Shown piece after piece: positions 36,361-45,405 of a stretch of 61,629 nt of DNA. This DNA is from a virus. Taxonomy: Duplodnaviria > Caudoviricetes. The stretch is from IMG/VR virus record IMGVR_UViG_3300043772_002642, positions 1 through 61,629 of that record; one strand, given 5' to 3'. Position 1 is the stretch's first letter, and the number at the start of each line of letters is the position of its first letter. The translations under genes and the position numbers were made by a program. The notes beneath the pieces were generated by a model, which saw nothing but the letters and a program-made list of their open reading frames with translations, did not search any database and was not told the DNA's origin.

Positions 36361-36845
36361 TGAAAAACCTAATTCGTAAAATATTAAAAGAAGAACTGGA
36401 ATCAATCAAAGGTACACCAATATATCATTTCACAACAGTTGATAATGCATTAAAGATATTGGAAAGTAACGAACTAAGAGGAACCTTACCATCAGGTGAA
36501 TATCTTAGTCTTGATAAAAGATTGGCAAATACAAAACATCAAATGACCATTTCATTTACTCGTGACAAAAACTTTAAAGGCGACCAATCATTGGCAGGCC
36601 AATCAAAACAACCTTTGGATGTAATCTTGGTACTGGACAGAAATAAATTAAAAACAAGATATAAACTAGAACCATTTAATTATAACTCAATCGATGACGA
36701 CGACTTTTACAAGACAAAAAATAAAGAACTGGAAGAAAGAGTTTTAAACCAAAAGATTTATCCTGTAAGCAATTATCTAATCGACATTATCTACAAAGGT
36801 AATAATCCTAAGATAAAAGAAATTTTAGAAAGATATAAACCCTGA
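36360..36845 (+). CDS. Leader-tagged putative ADP-ribosyltransferase-fold protein
   Basis: MKNLIRKILKEE; IYHFT..ILESNEL..ISFTRD..ELEER, an H-S-E ART-like triad. Confidence 0.6.
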   Translation: MKNLIRKILKEELESIKGTPIYHFTTVDNALKILESNELRGTLPSGEYLSLDKRLANTKHQMTISFTRDKNFKGDQSLAGQSKQPLDVILVLDRNKLKTRYKLEPFNYNSIDDDDFYKTKNKELEERVLNQKIYPVSNYLIDIIYKGNNPKIKEILERYKP

Positions 36846-36864
36846 GAAATACTCGGGGTTTTTT
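36838..36864 (+). terminator. Intrinsic terminator
   Basis: AACCCCTGAG-AAATA-CTCGGGGTT followed by T's. Confidence 0.75.
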
Positions 36865-36924
36865 ATTATTAGACGGTTTCCGGATATACTTTTCATTATC
36901 CACAGAAATTATTAAATTTATAAT

Positions 36925-37860
36925 ATGAACAATACCCAAATACCAATAGGTGAAAAATTCAACCTTCTAACCATACTTTCAATAGGTGAAAAAATAAAAA
37001 GTAGTACAACAGTAAATTGCCAATGTGATTGTGGTAACATTGCCCATAATGTATATTTACGCAATGTTCTTAATGGACACACCAAGTCCTGTGGTTGTTT
37101 AAAAAATAAATGGCCTAGAGAAAAAATAATAAGGGAATATATGAAACTATATGAAGAACACCCAAACATAACACTTAATAAAATGGTAGAATTAAATATG
37201 GGTGGACTATCTCAGGCTATTGTAAAAGTATTTGGCGGTATAACAGACCTAAGAACTTCATTAAATCAAAGTAATGATATTAAAAGAGGTGAGTCAAAAA
37301 AAAGACTAGATATTAAAATAGGTGATAAATTTAACAAACTAACAGTAATAGAAATATTACCCAACCATATAAAACCATCAGGACAAATAGCAAGAAGAAT
37401 TAGATGCGAATGTGATTGTGGTACAATAAAAGATTATCATCTACATGATGTTTTGAACGGTGTAAAATTTAAAAATATGGGTACAAAATCTTGCGGGTGC
37501 CATAATCGAAAAGCAAATGGCGATAGTTGGGATGCGGCAACAAATAGAGGCGATATTAGAGGCCGAAAAACAAAGACTAGTTATGAAAGCATGAAGAGAA
37601 GATGTTATAACGAAAAAAATCATAATTACCCTAATTACGGTGGTAGAGGAATTACTGTATGCGATAGGTGGTTGGAAAAACCTGATGGGTATAAAAATTT
37701 TAAAGAAGATATGGGCGAAAGACCTGAAGGTATGACATTGGATAGAATAAACCCAAACGGAAATTATGAACCAAGTAATTGTAGATGGGCAACAGATAAA
37801 GAACAAGCCAATAATAAGAGAAATAGTAAGAAAAAAGAAGATGTAATTCCACAGAAATGA
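36925..37860 (+). mobile_element. Free-standing HNH homing-endonuclease-like gene
   Basis: Two CxCDCG..KSCGC modules; [12 protein letters not shown]; [25 protein letters not shown]. Flanked by an imperfect direct repeat. Confidence 0.85.
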
Positions 37861-37873
37861 TTATATTTGTGAT

Positions 37874-38500
37874 ATGAAAATAATTAAGATTAAAGAAGAC
37901 CACTATGTAATAGTGGATGAAACAATACAACCTGTAAATGGCTGGTATTATGATAAATTTATTGAAAAGATTAGAAATACAAATGGTGCCGAATATAACA
38001 TTAGCTATCTAACATTACAAATCACCCACTCAACACAACCACTTGCCTCAATGAAAGAATTAATGGAAAAGGGTTATGACAACATTTTACCAATCAATAT
38101 AGATGAAATAAAAAAACTAATTGGTGAGGTGGATGTGGAGAAGAAGGCGAAAGAAGAATACAAAGATAACTTACACAATCCATTTTTTACTGCAGCGCCA
38201 ATGGGATATGTAAAAGGTTACAACCAAGCCCTTGAAGATAACAAGGAGAAAAAATATACAGAGGAGGATTTGTTAAAAGCTTATGAGTACGGAAGTAATG
38301 CTTTATTAGGTATATCTAAAATAAACCTAATCCAATCCCTCCAACCTAAAACAGAATGGAAATATGTGGGAGAGTGTAAGGGTAATAATGGTGATGGTTG
38401 TTTTATGGATAGTCCTGGTCATGATTGTGGTTGTTATAAGAGAGTTCCTAAAACAGGGTGGGAAGTGGAAATAATAGATGGTAAACTTAAACTGGTATGA
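37874..38500 (+). CDS. Hypothetical protein
   Basis: 208 aa; TATATTTG 4 nt before ATG. Confidence 0.75.
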   Translation: MKIIKIKEDHYVIVDETIQPVNGWYYDKFIEKIRNTNGAEYNISYLTLQITHSTQPLASMKELMEKGYDNILPINIDEIKKLIGEVDVEKKAKEEYKDNLHNPFFTAAPMGYVKGYNQALEDNKEKKYTEEDLLKAYEYGSNALLGISKINLIQSLQPKTEWKYVGECKGNNGDGCFMDSPGHDCGCYKRVPKTGWEVEIIDGKLKLV

Positions 38501-38721
38501 CAGACAATATAAGATATATTAAAACACAAGAAGAATGTAACCAATACATGGAAGAAGTTAGACTCAGGGGAAAGAGCTTTGAACCCAATCCAACAACCGT
38601 AAGCTTTGGTGATGAAGATGCATGGACCAATATGGAAGCATATGATTTTAAGAAGGAATATCTAAAGGTAGTAAAAGAAAATAATCATGAAACCATATAC
38701 AGAATAAAATATGAAAGATAA
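38497..38721 (+). CDS. Hypothetical protein
   Basis: Start overlaps the upstream stop. Confidence 0.65.
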   Translation: MTDNIRYIKTQEECNQYMEEVRLRGKSFEPNPTTVSFGDEDAWTNMEAYDFKKEYLKVVKENNHETIYRIKYER

Positions 38722-39004
38722 AGAATTAAAATTAGAAGACCTTGAAAAACTGTATGAAGAATTTAATCTTTTTCTAGAAGAGAAGAAATTTGAAGAAGAA
38801 TATAATAAACTATTAGAGTCAAGACCTATGTTATCGATTGATAAACATTCTAGCTATCATTTATTAGTTAGAGATATATTAATAGAGTTTTTAACACCAA
38901 AAGGTTATACAACATTAGACCCATTGTTAATGTCATTTATAATGGAGTTTGATAGATTATATTTTGGAAAGATGCAAGAAACATTTATACATTGTTATAG
39001 ATAA
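38711..39004 (+). CDS. Hypothetical protein
   Basis: Start overlaps the upstream gene. Confidence 0.65.
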   Translation: MKDKELKLEDLEKLYEEFNLFLEEKKFEEEYNKLLESRPMLSIDKHSSYHLLVRDILIEFLTPKGYTTLDPLLMSFIMEFDRLYFGKMQETFIHCYR

Positions 39005-39052
39005 ATAACTAAAAACAATATATAGGATAAAGTATTAGGATATTTATAGAAT

Positions 39053-39562
39053 ATGAAAAACCTAATTAAGAAAATATTGCAAGAAGAAAGAAATAACATT
39101 AGACTGGTAAAGGATGTTTACGAACCGTCATCACTGGAGAAGGAATTTAACATTAATTTAAATACCAATCGCTTTATGAAAGAAGATGAAACCATGTATC
39201 ATATCTTTGATAAGGATGAAAAGATAGGTTATCTAGTATTATCAACTGAAAAGTATAATGATTATAACTTTCAAGAATTATTAGGTGGCAACGTTGTCTA
39301 TCTTAATTTTATCAGAACTAATAAACAAGGCTTACTAAGAGATATTATAGAAGAACTTAAACAAGAATTAAAAAACACTTTTGATTTTATTGTTCTGGAA
39401 GTTGATGGACATGATTATAATATCTTTAAGGCTTTAAAACAAAAATATGAAAACGTTGGATTTATTGGCATAATGCCTGACAATGTTGGAGAATATGATT
39501 TGGGTTTGGCTCCCGAGATAGACCCATATGAGGAAGATGTTTTTATGTATACAAAGATATAA
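39053..39562 (+). CDS. Leader-tagged putative GNAT-fold protein
   Basis: MKNLIKKILQEE; KIGYLVL..YLNFI..IVLEV..LKQKYENVGF. GATATTTAT upstream. Confidence 0.55.
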   Translation: MKNLIKKILQEERNNIRLVKDVYEPSSLEKEFNINLNTNRFMKEDETMYHIFDKDEKIGYLVLSTEKYNDYNFQELLGGNVVYLNFIRTNKQGLLRDIIEELKQELKNTFDFIVLEVDGHDYNIFKALKQKYENVGFIGIMPDNVGEYDLGLAPEIDPYEEDVFMYTKI

Positions 39563-39586
39563 AGTAACTAAAAATAATATATAGAG

Positions 39587-39612
39587 AACCCTGAATAACA
39601 TCAGGGTTTTTT
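39587..39612 (+). terminator. Intrinsic terminator
   Basis: AACCCTGA-ATAACA-TCAGGGTT followed by T's. Confidence 0.75.
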
Positions 39613-39646
39613 ATGCCATATAAAATACAATTATTATATTTGTACT

Positions 39647-39835
39647 ATGATATTCAGAAAAGGAGACATATACAAAAATACCCATAGTGAGGGTCTTGTT
39701 TATATAACAGAAGTAAAGAATAACAAATATAAATTGGAATGGACAAGCCCTGATGGAACAAAGGTAGAGAAATGGTATATACATGAATTCTTATCCATGT
39801 GTGTTAATAAAGGCTTTATGAAATTTGTTTCTTAA
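39647..39835 (+). CDS. Hypothetical protein
   Basis: TATATTTG 4 nt before ATG. Confidence 0.65.
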   Translation: MIFRKGDIYKNTHSEGLVYITEVKNNKYKLEWTSPDGTKVEKWYIHEFLSMCVNKGFMKFVS

Positions 39836-40099
39836 CTACACTTTATTAGTACCTTAATTAACTAAATGTGTGGAAACGTGTATTCCGGTTAATAGGCAAC
39901 GCCCGCTGCCGATTGTATAAAAAACAACGATTTTACTGCCTTTGCCTATTGTAAAATAACAAGGGTGTGGAAAATAGTGGTAGAATGTGGTGAAAACACA
40001 ATAGGAAATGTTGTATAAAGCGTGGGCAAGCCAAAAGGGAACTGACCCCTTCGCGAGCCTTCCCCCAAAATTCCTGACAAAATAACATAAAAAATAAAG

Positions 40100-40450
40100 C
40101 CGACAATATAACAGGCCGAGAAAAACCAGTGTACCATAACCCACATAAAATGGGTAAGACAAACTGTCATGTTAGGAGCTACCATACAGAGGACAGTTGT
40201 CATAAAACCCAATGCCATTTTCATCACAGGTTGGCGGTGACGAGCTACGTCAGACCTGGTCGGTGAGGTAAAGACCGACAGTTGTTTAAAGCCACAACTT
40301 TGTGTTAAAGGCTCCTAACTCTATTACCTTGCTAAATCAGTTTTTATTATACAGTGGTACATTCGGTCTCTCGGTTTGGCTACGAGATATTATCATTCCA
40401 CTGTTACCGTCTTTTAGATCATCAATCTTTGTGCTGATGTCTTTTTCTCT
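40100..40450 (-). ncRNA. Large structured ncRNA candidate (RNA2), apparent homolog of RNA1
   Basis: TATCTTTG promoter on the minus strand (40455-40462) with no ATG after it. Stems ACAGTGG/CCACTGT and GTTAGGAGC/GCTCCTAAC plus several hairpins. Four motifs are shared in order with RNA1. 3' end uncertain. Confidence 0.65.
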
Positions 40451-40486
40451 TCTACAAAGATAAGAATAATTTTCTAATTAATCAAA

Positions 40487-40666
40487 TTATTTTTTAAACT
40501 TATCAATCATTGGCGGAACTTCATATTGTTCCACGTAGACATTGTTGGTACCCAATGCTTCAGCTCTCGCGTAAGCGTATATCGCACTTGGGGTCCAATA
40601 TTTTTCACCATCTTTTGTTTTATAAGAGTAGATGGACTCTATGTTATTATCTTTCTCAATTATCAT
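40487..40666 (-). CDS. Small hypothetical protein (not in ORF track)
   Basis: MIIEKDNNIESIYSYK..YWTPSAIYAYARA.., 59 aa; TATATTTG 4 nt before ATG. Confidence 0.7.
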   Translation of the reverse strand: MIIEKDNNIESIYSYKTKDGEKYWTPSAIYAYARAEALGTNNVYVEQYEVPPMIDKFKK

Positions 40667-40702
40667 AGTACAAATATACTGTTTTTTATTTTATGAATCA
40701 AA

Positions 40703-41206
40703 TTAATTTTGAATTAATCTATAAGTTTTAATTAAGCTAAAATCAACCAAGGTTACTTGTTCAACTTTAATGCCCCAATCTTCAACCATTACTTTTGATT
40801 TCTCGGTAATTAATGTATCTAACTTTGTGGCATCGCCCCATGTAAAATCTTCTATGACATTTTTAATAACGCCCTGTACAGTATCAACTAGTACATCTCT
40901 TGCACTATTAACCGAGATAAGATATTTCTTTGGGTCCTCAATCTTATAACGGATAATGCCCTTTAATACAATATTCTTGCCATCCTTGGTGGTTAAAGTT
41001 TGTGATAACAAATCAACCGTTTGTGGCACGGTAAAGACAACCCAAAATTTATCAATGAATGGAATTTTAAAATTGATGCCAGGTTGGGTGGATTTTAAAA
41101 ACTTGCCAGCTCTCATATGAATGCCACCTTCCCATTCATTAACAATCTTAACGGGTATTACCTCGTCCTTTAAATTTAAAACAAAATCAATTAACTTATC
41201 AAACAT
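40703..41206 (-). CDS. SPFH/band-7 domain protein
   Basis: VNEWEGGIHMRAGKF..PGINFKIPFID..QTLTTKDGKNI..IRYKIEDP..WGIKVEQV. Confidence 0.85.
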   Translation of the reverse strand: MFDKLIDFVLNLKDEVIPVKIVNEWEGGIHMRAGKFLKSTQPGINFKIPFIDKFWVVFTVPQTVDLLSQTLTTKDGKNIVLKGIIRYKIEDPKKYLISVNSARDVLVDTVQGVIKNVIEDFTWGDATKLDTLITEKSKVMVEDWGIKVEQVTLVDFSLIKTYRLIQN

Positions 41207-41420
41207 GGTACAAATATACAGTATATTAATCTATTGGCCAAATAAATTATATCTGACAATCTGTCACGTTTTAAAAAAAAAAGGCATGCGGTGCGCTGGA
41301 TTCGCTCCTGTTGTCGTTGGCCTTTGACACTATAAAGATAAAAAAATTTTTTGACATAATAAAATATTTCTGATATATTTTTTCTTTGGCCGTATAAGAA
41401 ATAAAACTTATCTTTATAAT

Positions 41421-41870
41421 ATGATAGGATATTGGAAAAACGGTCGCAGACCCATCACAACAACAGGGAATAACTTTATGGAGAACTTTGTTTTCCTAAC
41501 CCCCAACTTTGGCACATTAATGTTTGTATTATTAATAGGCTTACCCATTGCCTTTATCTACAACATAGTTAACCCAACTTATACATATAAGTTTTCAGAC
41601 TACCACAACTACTTAAAGATTACATATCAAACAAGTGGTGATGAGGTAATAGGCACAATAGAAAAGATATGGGACGATAATGATAACAACTATCATATTG
41701 ATACCAAGTTTAAGGGCAAGATAAATGGGAATACTTTAACCGTTGAATTAGAAAGTCCTTCAGTTAGAAAAGATGTTGGTGGTCCAGCATGGGAATTAAA
41801 TAAGATGGTTACATTAACAGTTAACAATAATAAGATTTACTTTGATGGTCTTGAGGCCGAAAAGATTTGA
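41421..41870 (+). CDS. Hypothetical membrane-anchored protein
   Basis: One TM; TATCTTTA 4 nt before ATG. Confidence 0.7.
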   Translation: MIGYWKNGRRPITTTGNNFMENFVFLTPNFGTLMFVLLIGLPIAFIYNIVNPTYTYKFSDYHNYLKITYQTSGDEVIGTIEKIWDDNDNNYHIDTKFKGKINGNTLTVELESPSVRKDVGGPAWELNKMVTLTVNNNKIYFDGLEAEKI

Positions 41871-42048
41871 TAGTCTCAAGTATTATAACTATATTTGTAT
41901 ATGGGAAAGAAGAAATTAAAAGGTAAGAAAAAAATATTTATTTGGGCAGAGTAATATGACAACAGAAGTAATAATAGCAGTCACAGTTCCGATTATAATG
42001 TTCGGGATTGGTATAGGGGTAAAGATTAAAGACAGTAGAAAGAAAAAA

Positions 42049-42290
42049 TGACATAATGTCAGCTGGGGTGGCTGGATGGCTATCCCGCTGGGGACCTCCC
42101 CCCAGCTACCCCGCCGGTATCCCCCCTCCCCTAGGGAGAGCCCCCAGGGCCACAAAGGGGGGCTCGGTTACGTTTTCAGATCTGGGACTATGAAAAAAAA
42201 TTTCCCGGGAAAAATTGTCCCACAAAATCGAGCGTACCCCCCATCAATTACTAAAACCCAAAAAAAAATTTCCGGGAAAATTTACACCCC
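42049..42290. other. GC-rich hairpin/G-tract element with two TTTCC(C)GGGAAA palindromes (candidate origin or genome-end element)
   Basis: AGCTGGGG/CCCCAGCT, CTCCC/GGGAG and GAGCCCCC/GGGGGCTC stems; TTTCCCGGGAAA at 42201-42212 and a near copy at about 42269-42279. Confidence 0.5.
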
Positions 42291-42368
42291 AAGTTGTTTA
42301 CCTATAGGAATTTTCTTATCTTTGAAAAGCAGAGAGTACTTGTTTAAAAAAACTAATAGAAATAACTA

Positions 42369-42671
42369 ATGAGAAAATTAAAAATCGGTGATAAGATAAA
42401 ATGGAATCAAAGCATTGGTGGTAATATTATCTATACCATTCTTGATATTGATACCTCACGTGAACAAACCGTTCTGACCACCCCAAATAAAACTTATCTT
42501 TTTGAAAATCAAATTCTTTTACAATGGCAAGAATGGGATGGCAAAATAACCCAATCTTGGAGTTATTCCCTTGATAGCATTAATCAAGAAATTGTTAGAG
42601 GTCGAATTTCAATTTTAAATCAAGAACTTGAGCCTTATAAACATTTACCCAAATTTTCTTTTAGTAATTAA
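42369..42671 (+). CDS. Hypothetical protein
   Basis: LKIGDKI start; C-terminal LPKFSF. Confidence 0.7.
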   Translation: MRKLKIGDKIKWNQSIGGNIIYTILDIDTSREQTVLTTPNKTYLFENQILLQWQEWDGKITQSWSYSLDSINQEIVRGRISILNQELEPYKHLPKFSFSN

Positions 42672-42694
42672 AATAATTTTTATATCTTTGTCAT

Positions 42695-42991
42695 ATGAAA
42701 TCAAAAGAAGAAATAGAACAGTTGGCATTTTTAAAATATCCAAGAGTTATCAATGATCCTTACAATCCAATGGAAGATGATAATGCAGATGAAAGGAAAA
42801 TTTGGATAGATGGCTACACTCAATGTCAAAAAGATATGTTAAAAATTTTACAAGAAGAAATTAAAAAGGCATTTATGCATGGGCAAGTAAATGCTCAAAT
42901 GATGGAAATAGGTTTGGAACGAAATGAGGTTGAAGATTATACCAACAGTAGAATGTTACGTTTTACCAAAACTAATCCAAATTGTAAATGA
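42695..42991 (+). CDS. Hypothetical protein
   Basis: TATCTTTG 4 nt before ATG. Confidence 0.7.
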   Translation: MKSKEEIEQLAFLKYPRVINDPYNPMEDDNADERKIWIDGYTQCQKDMLKILQEEIKKAFMHGQVNAQMMEIGLERNEVEDYTNSRMLRFTKTNPNCK

Positions 42992-43329
42992 CATTAGAAG
43001 AAATTCATAGTATTGAAGTTGGTGATAAGCTTTATGTTGATCATAAAATTCATAAAAGGATTTTTGAAAGCAGAGGCAATATTAATGGTGATTGGTTTAT
43101 TGTCTATAAGCCTGATAAATTCTATACCGTTTTTGTTGTTGATAAAGCAAAAGATTATATTAAATTAACCACTGGTTCTGAATTGGGTTTGAATAAGCTT
43201 GTTGTGTATAAATCTTCTAATGTTAAAATCCCCATTTCCATTCCCACTCTTTATATGCAACATTTTAAATTGCTTAAGAAAATAGATTATCAGCTTATTT
43301 CTTCCATTGATTATTTTGCTCAGATATAG
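42988..43329 (+). CDS. Hypothetical protein
   Basis: Start overlaps the upstream stop. Confidence 0.65.
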   Translation: MTLEEIHSIEVGDKLYVDHKIHKRIFESRGNINGDWFIVYKPDKFYTVFVVDKAKDYIKLTTGSELGLNKLVVYKSSNVKIPISIPTLYMQHFKLLKKIDYQLISSIDYFAQI

Positions 43330-43353
43330 ATATTTATTTCTATAAGAACTTTT

Positions 43354-43809
43354 ATGTCTATTAGAAAAATAATTAAACAAGTAATTACCGAAGAAAGATT
43401 ATTAAATGAAATCGGTGATTTTGATATGTCCATGATTAAAAAACATGGTGGTCATGTTCTTGATTCTATTAACATTCAGGGTTATGAATTGGCTTTGGTT
43501 GATTTTGGTATTGCCGGTAAAACCATATCTTTAACTTATAATGATAAAGGTTATTTTCAGCCATTGCAACAGCAAAAGCAACCATCGGAATATAAAGGTT
43601 CTGATATTATTAAAATATTTAACCAGCTTAAGCCCAAAGCTTTGGAATGGGTTAATAAATATAAACGACTTACCATTGGTTCCACAAATGAATCTCGTGT
43701 CAGAAAATATCATAAATGGTTATGTTCCGATTTAAAATGTACGCCGGTTGAAAAGGGGCCGGAAATGCCACACGGTGAATCACAATATGCTTTTGTAATA
43801 GAAAGATAA
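43354..43809 (+). CDS. Leader-tagged hypothetical protein
   Basis: MSIRKIIKQVITEERLLNE-IG; GATATTTAT upstream. Confidence 0.75.
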   Translation: MSIRKIIKQVITEERLLNEIGDFDMSMIKKHGGHVLDSINIQGYELALVDFGIAGKTISLTYNDKGYFQPLQQQKQPSEYKGSDIIKIFNQLKPKALEWVNKYKRLTIGSTNESRVRKYHKWLCSDLKCTPVEKGPEMPHGESQYAFVIER

Positions 43810-43825
43810 TTATATAAAAATTGCT

Positions 43826-44701
43826 ATGAAAAAAAATACAAAAATTATTAGACTAACCGAAAACGACTTGGAGCGTATGGTTAAAAAAATTATAAAAGAA
43901 TCTAACAATTCTGGTTCTATTGAAGATTATTTTTCTAAAGAAGAATTGGATGAAATAAAAGAAAAGGCTGCAAGATTATTGTCACCAGGATTTTTTGAGG
44001 ATTATGAGGTTACTAATTATATCAGTACAGTTTCTGGTAATGATAAAAATGTTGAAAGAATGTTGGTTGATTGGTTGAAATCAGAAGGTCTTGAATTTTA
44101 TCAGCCCGAATATCGTTCTGATACCGGTTATTTTGATCATATGGATGTTAATGAAGATTATATGTCTAGTGAAGAAGATTTAATTAATGATACTTATGAA
44201 TTATTGACTGATATGGGTTATGAATATGTTGAAGATTTATATATTCAGGATTTGTATGAGGCTGCAGAAATATTAGAAAATGAATTATATGATGGCAACC
44301 ATGGTCCTCATATAAATAAAGAAATTGAAGATTTGTTAACAAACATTTATGAAATAATTGGTTATCCTGATGAGGCCAAAGATTCGGATGAAGATTATAT
44401 GGATGAAATGCCAAAGCCTGGCATGTTTCATAAATTAAAACAAGGTGTTCGTGATTTATCTGGTATTAGCAATAAAAATGATAGTGAAACATTAAAACAA
44501 ATTTATGATTTAATTTCTAAAGGTATGATTGATAATGTTCGTCGTAATAGTGATGTCGTTACCGCTTATGTTAATAATAAAGCCTTAATTGTTGATAAAG
44601 GTTCTGATGCAGAAATTATTTATGCTGGTCGCAATCTTGAATTGGCAAATCTTGAATCTGAGGCACATGATTTATATCATCTTATAACATATATATCCTA
44701 A
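43826..44701 (+). CDS. Leader-tagged acidic protein
   Basis: KIIRLTENDLERMVKKIIKE-S. Confidence 0.8.
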   Translation: MKKNTKIIRLTENDLERMVKKIIKESNNSGSIEDYFSKEELDEIKEKAARLLSPGFFEDYEVTNYISTVSGNDKNVERMLVDWLKSEGLEFYQPEYRSDTGYFDHMDVNEDYMSSEEDLINDTYELLTDMGYEYVEDLYIQDLYEAAEILENELYDGNHGPHINKEIEDLLTNIYEIIGYPDEAKDSDEDYMDEMPKPGMFHKLKQGVRDLSGISNKNDSETLKQIYDLISKGMIDNVRRNSDVVTAYVNNKALIVDKGSDAEIIYAGRNLELANLESEAHDLYHLITYIS

Positions 44702-44791
44702 ATTAATTTTATCTAATTCTTTTTGTGTGGATGGTATTAATAATTTTAAAATATAGATTATTTTGTTGATATTTATTCTTAAAGAATTGTA

Positions 44792-45250
44792 ATGAAAAAA
44801 GTAATTAGATTAACCGAACAAGATTTGGAACGTATGGTTCGAAGAATCATTAAGGAATCGGATAAAGATACTGGGGAAGAACCTAGAAAAACTAAATATG
44901 ATGAATCACCTTATGCAGATGAGGAACATCCTTTAAGAAAAGTAAAATATGATGAATCTATGTATGGACGTGAAGAAGATTTTATGGATGAAGACGGTGA
45001 GTTTGATGACGAAGAAGTACCTATTGGTGTTGATAATCTTGAATCACAAGGAACTTCCGGATTGGTTTTATTATTTAGCCCATTAGAAAGTGATATGGTT
45101 AAAGATTGGAATAATGATAAACAAATTCAGAGATTTGTTGAAGAAGAAAGATTATTCCTTAATGAACTTAGTTATGATAAATGGGAGATATACGGTATTG
45201 AAGGAGATAGGCAAGTTAGGAATTATATAATGAAAAATTATTCTTGGTAA
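44792..45250 (+). CDS. Leader-tagged acidic protein
   Basis: MKKVIRLTEQDLERMVRRIIKE-S; GATATTTAT upstream. Confidence 0.8.
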   Translation: MKKVIRLTEQDLERMVRRIIKESDKDTGEEPRKTKYDESPYADEEHPLRKVKYDESMYGREEDFMDEDGEFDDEEVPIGVDNLESQGTSGLVLLFSPLESDMVKDWNNDKQIQRFVEEERLFLNELSYDKWEIYGIEGDRQVRNYIMKNYSW

Positions 45251-45268
45251 TATAAAAAAATAAATTAT

Positions 45269-45299
45269 AATCCCATGGGCATTGTCTGTGGGATTTTTT
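45269..45299 (+). terminator. Intrinsic terminator
   Basis: AATCCCATGGGC-ATT-GTCTGTGGGATT followed by T's (includes G-U pairs). Confidence 0.7.
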
Positions 45300-45405
45300 G
45301 TTTTATAATTGTGTGGATAAAGTTTCTGATACCCGGAATCCGTCTTTTATCCCCCTACCCCCTTTTTTATTTGGTGATTTAATTTATTCTTCTTATATTT
45401 GTCTT

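Noticed and set aside
39854-40227. ORFs 39854-40162 and 39946-40227 (-), and likewise 3793-3993 (+)
   Set aside because: Atypical composition, no promoter or start context, and they overlap strongly base-paired regions better explained as ncRNA.
42076-42369. 97-aa Pro-rich ORF, and 41916-42155 on the minus strand
   Set aside because: Their composition simply reflects the GC hairpin island; neither has a promoter motif or typical codon usage.
36896-45320. DnaA boxes (TTATCCACA at 36896-36904; TGTGGATAA at 45312-45320; TGTGGAAAA at 39966)
   Set aside because: Isolated and kilobases apart; a few matches are plausible by chance in AT-rich DNA, and there is no clustered oriC-like array.
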